In this document: positions 41,150 through 49,345 of the stretch, one piece after another
Layout of the letters: each line of letters opens with the position of its first letter
How positions within the stretch are numbered: position 1 is the first letter of the stretch
Origin: a virus
Length of the DNA stretch: 64,000 nucleotides
IMG/VR virus record: IMGVR_UViG_3300028844_005393
Location: 16,181-80,180 of that record
Reading direction: 5' to 3' (one strand)
Made by a program: the position numbers and the translations under genes
The notes under the pieces: generated by a model
Told to the model about the DNA's origin: nothing
Database searches by the model: none
The model's input: only the letters and a program-made list of their open reading frames with translations

Positions 41150-41695
41150 ATGGATATAGATCAAGCAAGAACAGCATCACAACAAACAGGAGCTCATAGA
41201 TGGACTCTCACGACAAATTTAAACAAATTGTATAAAAACGGCGAAGGAAGTGTTTATACAGGTAGAAAAGCTCCAAACGTTCCCACATCATCCAAAGCAC
41301 CACCTTTGAACAAGCAGATTTCTGAAGGTGTTAAGTTTTTTGGTTATGGTCGTGGTAATGTATCAAAGCGTCTTGGGGAAATGGGCAAAGATAAAGATTT
41401 AGGTACAATGGCCGTAGGAGGTGGAGCAGAAGGTGCATTCAGACAGGGTGATACATCATTCCTCGGTGGATTTAATACTTTCAGAGCACCACGTTCAGGT
41501 GAAAGTGATTTCGGTACAAACTTAATCACGTCTCGTGACGCAAGTTGGTACACCCAAGGTCTCACGGGTATCAAGAAGTACGGAAATGAGATTGCCGGAA
41601 TGGTAGGCAAGAACTTTGGAGCACGTGGTGGGGCATCTGAATCCCGTGGTGCTGATGGTTCTGGTGCAGGTGGTGTCGCTGGCAATCGCGCATAA
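41150..41695 (+). CDS. Gly-rich hypothetical protein
   Basis: GGAG RBS and an upstream ATATTTAT (41110-41117); visibly higher GC than its neighbours. Confidence 0.7.
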   Translation: MDIDQARTASQQTGAHRWTLTTNLNKLYKNGEGSVYTGRKAPNVPTSSKAPPLNKQISEGVKFFGYGRGNVSKRLGEMGKDKDLGTMAVGGGAEGAFRQGDTSFLGGFNTFRAPRSGESDFGTNLITSRDASWYTQGLTGIKKYGNEIAGMVGKNFGARGGASESRGADGSGAGGVAGNRA

Positions 41696-41745
41696 CTCCC
41701 ATTAAATACTTGCTTTTTTTCTTTAGAACGCATAACATATAGGTT

Positions 41746-42276
41746 ATGCAAAATAAATCCTATTGTTTGGGGTTGGATATTAGTTCTACGGTGGTTGGTT
41801 ATTGTGTATCTACTTCTAAAGAAAAAGTAACCAATGCCGGTTATATAGATGTTCGCAAAGAAACGAGCATCAAAGAAAAAGCACATAAAGTTGCGAACGA
41901 ACTTGATAAATTAAATCTAGAACCCTCTGAGATTATCGTAGAAGATACATTAAGTGGGTTCGGTGGTGGACGAACAAGTCAACAGACCATTGTAAAGCTA
42001 TCAAAGTGCAATGCGGTAATTAGTTATGTCATCGAAGCACTGTATGAACTAGACGTGGAACACGTTAATGTGTCGTCTCTGCGTAAAGTAGTATTCGGTA
42101 AAAGTCGTGAACAAGGAGTTGATAGTAAAACTTTTGTACGTGAACAACTTGAGAAAAAGATTGATTTAAATCAATTTATTGTCTATAATAGTAGAAAAAA
42201 TTATGATAAAAGGAACTATGATATGTTAGACGCAACCGTGGCATCCTTGTATCATTGGTATACTATTGACAATTAA
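41746..42276 (+). CDS. RuvC-like Holliday junction resolvase
   Basis: LGLDIS....GY, IIVED, D..DA: the RNase H-fold acidic tetrad. Confidence 0.85.
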   Translation: MQNKSYCLGLDISSTVVGYCVSTSKEKVTNAGYIDVRKETSIKEKAHKVANELDKLNLEPSEIIVEDTLSGFGGGRTSQQTIVKLSKCNAVISYVIEALYELDVEHVNVSSLRKVVFGKSREQGVDSKTFVREQLEKKIDLNQFIVYNSRKNYDKRNYDMLDATVASLYHWYTIDN

Positions 42277-43202
42277 TGGGGATTTCGGAGCAAAAACTAC
42301 TTGCCTTGTTGCAGAAGGTATTAGGTGAAGGTAAAATCGTCTCTAAAGACGAAGCTATGTTTGTGTGTCCGTTTTCTCATCACAGAAAACCAAAGTTAGC
42401 AGTAAATCTATCTACACAACGATGGCAAAGTTGGATTGACACAAATGCTAAAGGTCGTAGTATCTTTTCGTTATTCAAAAGATTACAAGTTCCAAGCAAC
42501 TATTTTGATGAATTATCTCGTATTGTAAAACTTCCCAAAAGTTCACAAACACAAGAAACAAAAGAAGAATATGTTTCATTGCCTTATGAGTATAAAAAAT
42601 TAACCGAAACGCATACGGATTTTTCATATTCAAAAGCAATGAAGTATTTAAAAAATCGTGGAATTGAATCTTATGATATAGAACGATACGATATTGGATA
42701 TTGTGACAAAGGAGATTATGTTGGAAGAATTATTGTTCCATCGTATGATGCAGATAATAAATTAAATTATTTTCTAGCAAGAGATTTTACAGGTAATGCT
42801 TATTTGAAATACAAAAATCCTCCTGTTAGTAAAGATGTGGTTGTATTTGAAAATCAAATTGATTTCTCTGAACCACTTATTTTATGTGAGGGTGTATTTG
42901 ATGCGATTGCAATTCGTAGAAATGCTATTGCTTTACTTGGAAAGAATATTCCAAACAAATTAAAAATGCGACTTGTTCAACATGGTGTAAAAGAAGTCAG
43001 TATTGTTTTGGATAATGATGCGTTTAAAAATGCGTTGTATTTATCAGAATCACTTATGAATGATAACATCAAAGTGAGATTAGTCAGAATGGGATCAGAA
43101 GATGCCGCTGACTTGGGTTTTAAAAAGGTTATAGAAAGAATCAACTCAACCGACATTTTAGATTTTGGTCAGTTGATGCAACAGAAGTTATGCTTGAATT
43201 AA
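42276..43202 (+). CDS. DNA primase (Toprim), degenerate Zn-binding domain
   Basis: YL..RGI, GRIIVP, KYKNP, LCEGVFDA, LDND, DAAD. Confidence 0.9.
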   Translation: MGISEQKLLALLQKVLGEGKIVSKDEAMFVCPFSHHRKPKLAVNLSTQRWQSWIDTNAKGRSIFSLFKRLQVPSNYFDELSRIVKLPKSSQTQETKEEYVSLPYEYKKLTETHTDFSYSKAMKYLKNRGIESYDIERYDIGYCDKGDYVGRIIVPSYDADNKLNYFLARDFTGNAYLKYKNPPVSKDVVVFENQIDFSEPLILCEGVFDAIAIRRNAIALLGKNIPNKLKMRLVQHGVKEVSIVLDNDAFKNALYLSESLMNDNIKVRLVRMGSEDAADLGFKKVIERINSTDILDFGQLMQQKLCLN

Positions 43203-43894
43203 AAAATAAGTTAAAGAATGTAGAAAAAATATATCATCTAGCAGACATTCATATTCGCAATGTAAAACGTCACACCGAATATACAACCGTGTTTGACAAT
43301 TTCTATGAACAAGTAAAATCTGACAACTACGAAAATGCTATTATTTTCATTGGTGGGGATATTGCTCATGCAAAAACAGAAATGTCTCCTGAACTTATTA
43401 AGCAAATATCAAACTTTCTACGAAAGTGTGCCACGTTACACCCTACGGTTGTAATTGCAGGTAATCACGATTGTAATTTAAATAACCCTGACCGACTTGA
43501 TGTATTATCTCCTATTATGGATATGATGGACGATGATAATTTATATTATTTAAAAGATACAGGTGTATATAAAATCGGTGATGTTGCAATAAGTGTATTT
43601 GGTATATTTGAAGAACCAACCGAATATATACATGGAAATAAAATTGATGATCCGTCAATTAACACAAAGATTGCAGTTTATCACGGAGCAATACGAAGAA
43701 GCACAACCGATATTGGGTATATTGTGGTTGGAGGTGATTTAACTCTTCCTCAGTTTGATGGATATGATATTGTTATGCTTGGTGATATTCACAAGTACCA
43801 AGTGTTACAAGAATATAAAACTGAACATAGATTTATACCGGAAAGTAAACTTGATAAGTATAAACTTGATGGGTGGGACATTTGCAATGACTAA
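43190..43894 (+). CDS. Mre11/SbcD (gp47-like) nuclease, N-terminal fragment
   Basis: ADIH, GGD, AGNHD, YHG and GDIH phosphoesterase motifs. Lacks the following YxGS strand and cap domain. Confidence 0.88.
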   Translation: MLELKNKLKNVEKIYHLADIHIRNVKRHTEYTTVFDNFYEQVKSDNYENAIIFIGGDIAHAKTEMSPELIKQISNFLRKCATLHPTVVIAGNHDCNLNNPDRLDVLSPIMDMMDDDNLYYLKDTGVYKIGDVAISVFGIFEEPTEYIHGNKIDDPSINTKIAVYHGAIRRSTTDIGYIVVGGDLTLPQFDGYDIVMLGDIHKYQVLQEYKTEHRFIPESKLDKYKLDGWDICND

Positions 43895-44786
43895 GTTTTT
43901 AATAAGATGTAGAGATATTGACATCGGAGATGTTTTGTTTGCAAGTAGTATTGCAAAAAAACTTAAAGATGAAACTCCGTGGGAAACACCATGTCATATT
44001 GATTTTGATTCTAATTATTTACAAACTCTTGAACTATTAGATAACAATCCTTACATTGACAATGTTTTCTACAAAGATAGTGATGATGATTATACCAAAA
44101 TTTTTGATATAAATAAAAGTAGTCATGTCTTGGATGTATCTACTTCTGTTGTATCACAATATCAACAAATGTGTGGAATAAAAAGTTTCGACGATACCTT
44201 TGAAGTTTTTACAAATTCAATAAGTGACTACTCAATTAAATCTAGTATGAAAGAATTAATTGAGATAGATTATTGGACTAATGATTTAATAAAAATTTGT
44301 TATGTAATGGATTGGGACAGAAAAGGTTATCTATTAGACGAGCACGATTCAATTGTTATTGGAAATGAAATAAACAAAAGAGATACGCATTCAATAGTTG
44401 ATCCACTAAAAGAAACTAATAATATAATGTTATTTGCCATTGGAATTGAATCCCGTGAATCAAAAAACTTTCCTAGTATAAACTCGGCAAGTAAATTTAG
44501 TTTTACTGCTAGTTTAATTAAAAACTCTGATTATGTAATAGGTCCCGAGGGGTGTCTTACTAATATATCATCTGCACTGGGAACTCCTACAATAATCACC
44601 ACTGATTATATTCACCACACTTATGGTCCAAACGGAGTTAGAACAGATAAATCTAAAAAATACACTCCTCCGTTTTTAGGTCCTTGTAAGTATTTTCCAA
44701 ATGGAAATCATACACATTTAGATCCATATCTTAGTGATCGTGAAGTTGGAAACGAAATTTTAAAAATTGTGACAAATGGAAGATAA
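43887..44786 (+). CDS. GT9-like (heptosyltransferase family, GT-B) glycosyltransferase
   Basis: ATG at 43887; IGDVLFAS..AKKLK, ELLDNNPYIDNV, SLIKNSDYVIGPEG..TNISSALGTPTI. Confidence 0.75.
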   Translation: MTKFLIRCRDIDIGDVLFASSIAKKLKDETPWETPCHIDFDSNYLQTLELLDNNPYIDNVFYKDSDDDYTKIFDINKSSHVLDVSTSVVSQYQQMCGIKSFDDTFEVFTNSISDYSIKSSMKELIEIDYWTNDLIKICYVMDWDRKGYLLDEHDSIVIGNEINKRDTHSIVDPLKETNNIMLFAIGIESRESKNFPSINSASKFSFTASLIKNSDYVIGPEGCLTNISSALGTPTIITTDYIHHTYGPNGVRTDKSKKYTPPFLGPCKYFPNGNHTHLDPYLSDREVGNEILKIVTNGR

Positions 44787-47376
44787 CGAAAAGTACATAA
44801 AAGTAAAAAGACACAATACCAATAAACCTGTCGTGGTTTATTCCGGTAGCATGATTCAACAAAACCACGGAGAAAAACCACATGGACATGGGTATGTATT
44901 ATGGGATGTGGCAAATCGTACACACGTGCACCACGAAGTTGTAAATGATTACGGATATTATACAATAGAAGTACGTGACGGAACGTGTGTTAGTGATTTA
45001 AGTAAACTTCCAAAAAAAGCAAGACTTCGTGTAAAGGTGTTTAACACAACTGCAACAGAAACAAAAGAAATTATTGCGGAAATCCGAAAACAAACAAGTA
45101 TAACAGATTTAAATGTAACACGATGTGATGCTATATCTGAAGCAAAAAAGTTTGATCGTGATAATAAATTTGATTTTGGTGATATATCTTCTATACAAAT
45201 ACAAAATGATTTAATAGAAGATTATCTTCGTAGGAATTTTGTTGTTGATGATGAACAAGTAAAAACTGCTCTTGATATTAACAAAGAAACAAACGACAAA
45301 CTTATTGTAAAAGAAGTTCTTCGTAATTGTATTTGGAAACCAAAGAAGTTTGAGTTTGGAAATATGTTCAGTTACGGAGATGGAAATGTAATAGACTTTT
45401 CAAATATGAAAAGTGTTATGGGATTATTTGCATCTAACGCAAGTGGTAAAAGCAGTGTTATGAGTGCATTAAGTTTTTGTTTGTTTGATAAATGTGATCG
45501 TGCGTTTAAGGCTGCTCATGTACTGAATACACAAACAGAATCTTTTTATTGTAAATTAAACTTTGAAATATCGGGAGTAAACTATTTCATAGACAGAACT
45601 GCAACTACCAAAAAGAATGGTGATGTAACTGTTGTAGTTGACTTTTGGAAGTTAGATGAAGATGGTCAACAACTATCATTAAACGGAGAACAACGAGCAG
45701 GAACTAATGCAATTATCCGTGACCATGTTGGTTCTTATGATGACTTTGTTTTAACAACATTAAGTTTACAAAACAACAATGCTATTTTTATTGATAAAAG
45801 TCAAAGTGAACGAAAAGACTTACTTGCTCAATTTATGGGCATTGATACATTTGATCAATTGCATACAACTGCATCTGAAGATGTTAAAGAAATTAATGCT
45901 TTATTAAAACGATTTAATCGTGAAGATTTTGATGAAACATTAGCAGATGTAAAAGAAAAACTTGAAAAAATAAATGAACAATATAATAAGCAAGATAGTA
46001 AAACAAATATAGCACTACTTGAGCAAAAAAGATTAAACAAAGAACTTGCTGATAAAAATTCTTTATTTAAAACTTGTTCATTTGATGAAACTGCGGTTGA
46101 TATAGATAAACTTGAATTTACAAAAAATAATTTAAAAGAACGACTGAATACCGCCGAGGAAAACAGAGAATCTGAATCTGAACGAAAAAAACAACTTGCA
46201 AACGAAAAGAAAATGTGTGTACGCAAAATGTCTGATCTTGAGGGGGTCAGTGATAGTTATGTTTATGTTTTAAAAGTTCGTGAAGAAATAACAAAAGTAG
46301 ATAAAGACCTTGCGGTTTTACGCACTTCTGTAAATGCAAAGTTAGATAAATTAAAGCAATATGATAGTCACGAATATGATCCAAAATGTAAGTTTTGCGT
46401 AAACAATTCAAAGAACTTAATTGAAAGTGCAGAGCAAACAAAAACTGAATTGGATAAAGACAAAGCAGCTGCAGATGATCTTGTTGATCAAAAAACTGAT
46501 TTAGCAAATATACTCGATGATAATAAAGATGTAGAAAAAAACTACGAATTATTAAATGAATTAAAAAACAAATCAAGTCAACTTGTATACGAAATAAACG
46601 AAGCAGATTCCAAAGTTTTGGCACTATCTAGCATGATTCAATCACTTGGAAAAGATATAGTAATAAATGATAAAAATATAAAAGAATTTTACGAGTGTAA
46701 AGATATAATTGAATACAATCAAAAACTTCAAATAGAAGTAGATGAATTACAAGCAAAATTATTAAAAGTAAACTCAATAGCAAATACAGAAAGTACTAAA
46801 TTACAAACTTTGTTTGGTGAAGTAAAAATTATAGAAAAAGAACACGAAGATGTTCTTGTGTCAATTGAAGAAGCAAAAAATTATGAAAGAAAGAAACGAG
46901 GATACGAATTATACCTTGATGCAGTAAAACGGGATGGTATTTCATATGAATTAATTTCCAAAACAATTCCGAGTATTGAAAGTGAAGTTAATAACATTCT
47001 TTCTCAAATTGTTGACTTTGGTATGAATCTTGAAATGGATGGAAAGCACATTTACTCAAAGATTACATACGAAGATCGTCATTGGCCACTTGAAATGTGT
47101 AGTGGTATGGAACGGTTCATAAGTAGTATTGCTATGCGTGTAGCACTTATCAATGTAAGCAGTCTTCCTCGTTCTAATTTCCTCGTTATTGACGAGGGTT
47201 GGGGTTCACTTGACGGTGATAATATCAGTAGTGTATTTAATCTCTTTACATACCTCAAAGGTCAGTTTGAGTTTATATTAGTTATCAGTCATTTGGATGT
47301 TATGCGTGATATGGTAGATGAAATTATAGAAATTCAAAAGGACGGATCATTTAGTAAGATAAAATACGGAGCATAA
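44776..47376 (+). CDS. Mre11 C-terminal fragment fused to a Rad50/SbcC (gp46-like) ATPase
   Basis: N-terminal VVYSGSMIQQNHGE..HG; Walker A NASGKSS; coiled coil with CKFC hook; CSGMERF signature; Walker B VIDEGWG; ISH. Confidence 0.9.
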   Translation: MEDNEKYIKVKRHNTNKPVVVYSGSMIQQNHGEKPHGHGYVLWDVANRTHVHHEVVNDYGYYTIEVRDGTCVSDLSKLPKKARLRVKVFNTTATETKEIIAEIRKQTSITDLNVTRCDAISEAKKFDRDNKFDFGDISSIQIQNDLIEDYLRRNFVVDDEQVKTALDINKETNDKLIVKEVLRNCIWKPKKFEFGNMFSYGDGNVIDFSNMKSVMGLFASNASGKSSVMSALSFCLFDKCDRAFKAAHVLNTQTESFYCKLNFEISGVNYFIDRTATTKKNGDVTVVVDFWKLDEDGQQLSLNGEQRAGTNAIIRDHVGSYDDFVLTTLSLQNNNAIFIDKSQSERKDLLAQFMGIDTFDQLHTTASEDVKEINALLKRFNREDFDETLADVKEKLEKINEQYNKQDSKTNIALLEQKRLNKELADKNSLFKTCSFDETAVDIDKLEFTKNNLKERLNTAEENRESESERKKQLANEKKMCVRKMSDLEGVSDSYVYVLKVREEITKVDKDLAVLRTSVNAKLDKLKQYDSHEYDPKCKFCVNNSKNLIESAEQTKTELDKDKAAADDLVDQKTDLANILDDNKDVEKNYELLNELKNKSSQLVYEINEADSKVLALSSMIQSLGKDIVINDKNIKEFYECKDIIEYNQKLQIEVDELQAKLLKVNSIANTESTKLQTLFGEVKIIEKEHEDVLVSIEEAKNYERKKRGYELYLDAVKRDGISYELISKTIPSIESEVNNILSQIVDFGMNLEMDGKHIYSKITYEDRHWPLEMCSGMERFISSIAMRVALINVSSLPRSNFLVIDEGWGSLDGDNISSVFNLFTYLKGQFEFILVISHLDVMRDMVDEIIEIQKDGSFSKIKYGA

Positions 47377-47419
47377 AACATATTTAGATATATATTTATT
47401 ATATACCTGAAATGTATTT

Positions 47420-48463
47420 ATGAAAAATTCCGAAGAAAGACAAACACAAGAAGAAACCCTTATTAAAGCAGGATTGCGTAAAGGGTATTTTACACTCGTA
47501 GAAGGAGTATACGATCCTGGTATTTTAAAAGCAGTATTTTTAGCAGGTGGTCCGGGTTCTGGTAAATCTGCTACGGTTGATACAATATTTGATTTTCCAC
47601 CCGAGACAACCAATTTGTCTCCAAGTGGATTAAAAATAGTTAATAGTGATCCTGCGTTTGAAATACTCCTAAAGAAAGCAGGACACGATTTAAATTTATC
47701 TAAAATGGATGATGAAACTTTTAGTAAAGTAACGAGTGATGATCCAAATAGTATTCGTTCTCGTGCAAAGAAAATTATGTTAAAGCAATTTGAGATGTTT
47801 AAATACAATCGTCTTGGTGTTATTGTTGATGGAACTGGTGATAACTATAACAAAATATCCAAACAAAAGAAAGAACTAGAAAAACTAGGATACGATTGTT
47901 ATATGGTGTTTGTTAATACAACACTTGATGTAGCACAACAGAGAAACGCAATGCGTAAAAGAAAACTTCCAAGAAAAATAGTAAAAGATATTTGGACAGA
48001 TGTACAAAAAAATATAGGTAAGTTGCAAGGTGCATTTGGATCAAATTTTACAATTGTAGATAACTCAGAAGATACTCGCAGTAAAAAGAAACCAGGAAGA
48101 CTAGATTTAGTTCCAGTTGTTTTAAAACAAACTGCAAGATTTATTTCAAAACCAGTCCGCAATCCAATTGGCAAGAATTGGATTAAAATGATGATGGCAC
48201 ATGATAAAATGAGTAAAAGTGGTGACAAAATAAATCGTATGAACGAAGAACTCGATATGGTTTCAATGGAAGATGTAGTTCTTCCTATGGATTTAGAAAG
48301 ACATTTAAGTAGATCAATATATGTTATCAAAAAGTTTAATTTAAATGAAAAAAAGAACTTAGCAGTATTATCAAGATTAGTTGAAAGTTTAGAATTAGAC
48401 AGAGGTCAAGTAAACAAATATTTTCACAAAATTAGAACACTAAAGTTTAAAGGAGAAAAATGA
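47420..48463 (+). CDS. P-loop kinase (Zeta-toxin/AAA_33/PNK-like)
   Basis: FLAGGPGSGKS, VNSD, IVDGT, A..RN..R.R lid. Confidence 0.85.
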   Translation: MKNSEERQTQEETLIKAGLRKGYFTLVEGVYDPGILKAVFLAGGPGSGKSATVDTIFDFPPETTNLSPSGLKIVNSDPAFEILLKKAGHDLNLSKMDDETFSKVTSDDPNSIRSRAKKIMLKQFEMFKYNRLGVIVDGTGDNYNKISKQKKELEKLGYDCYMVFVNTTLDVAQQRNAMRKRKLPRKIVKDIWTDVQKNIGKLQGAFGSNFTIVDNSEDTRSKKKPGRLDLVPVVLKQTARFISKPVRNPIGKNWIKMMMAHDKMSKSGDKINRMNEELDMVSMEDVVLPMDLERHLSRSIYVIKKFNLNEKKNLAVLSRLVESLELDRGQVNKYFHKIRTLKFKGEK

Positions 48464-48813
48464 TGTTTGACAAGATTTTTGACGAACTAATCAAAGAAGA
48501 TAAGTTGGGTGAAACTTGGAAACTTGAATTAGCACCCAATCATGCTAGATATAGTTTTTCGTCAAAAAAATCCGGAAATGAAAATTGGGCAAAATCACTT
48601 GCGAGTAAAATATCAAATAAAGAAAAAGAAGATTACAAATTTATTGGAATTTATAGTGAAGGAGAAACAACCGAGGGTCCTATCGTAGATGGATATATCT
48701 ATCATTGTACAGATGAGTACCTCAGTAAAGTTCCACATCTACATCGTGAAAAACGAAAAGCCTGCAAAGCACATATTAAAACAGGAAAAGTAATTGAATA
48801 CTTTGAAGATTGA
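48460..48813 (+). CDS. Hypothetical protein
   Basis: 117-aa ORF with GGAG RBS and ATGA overlap. Confidence 0.65.
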   Translation: MMFDKIFDELIKEDKLGETWKLELAPNHARYSFSSKKSGNENWAKSLASKISNKEKEDYKFIGIYSEGETTEGPIVDGYIYHCTDEYLSKVPHLHREKRKACKAHIKTGKVIEYFED

Positions 48814-48814
48814 C

Positions 48815-49345
48815 ATGAATAAAATTAAAGAATATAAAAAATACAAAGATGATCCGTTTTGGATGAAGTCAAAATATGATGGTGTTTCTGGTGAGCAAAG
48901 ATTACCCGTTCAAAGAAGACTCAGAAAAGGTGGAGTTAAATTTAAAAAAGGAGATGAAATACTTTACTTCCCAAGAGGAAAAGTAATTTTAGTAGGAAAG
49001 GAAGCAAATCAGGCGTACAGAGATTTTCAATCGGCAGCCGCAGATGAAGATTTTTATATGTCGCAATACGAAGAATCTAAGATGGAAAAAACAAACGAAA
49101 TCAAAATAACAAGTAAAGAGTACAGAAAGGCAGTAAATTTTATGTCAGGTTTACATTCAAGTATTCTAAAGGCAAAAGATAAGGTTATTTCATTTTTATC
49201 AAGAAAAGGATTTGATGAAATGGCAGATCATATATCTAACATGGATAAAAGACAATTTAATAAATTTATTCAAGGTAAGGTATTTGAAGAAAAATTAAGA
49301 ACGCAAATAAGAAGTATTCTTACTGAGTTATTAAAATCTAAATGA
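48815..49345 (+). CDS. Hypothetical protein
   Basis: ATG at 48815; carries the shared LRTQIRSILTE helix at its C-terminus. Confidence 0.65.
   Translation: MNKIKEYKKYKDDPFWMKSKYDGVSGEQRLPVQRRLRKGGVKFKKGDEILYFPRGKVILVGKEANQAYRDFQSAAADEDFYMSQYEESKMEKTNEIKITSKEYRKAVNFMSGLHSSILKAKDKVISFLSRKGFDEMADHISNMDKRQFNKFIQGKVFEEKLRTQIRSILTELLKSK

Noticed and set aside
43830-44820. Self-splicing intron or intein explaining the Mre11 split
   Set aside because: The interval is fully occupied by overlapping coding sequence, with no room for a ribozyme core, no homing endonuclease and no intein terminal motifs.
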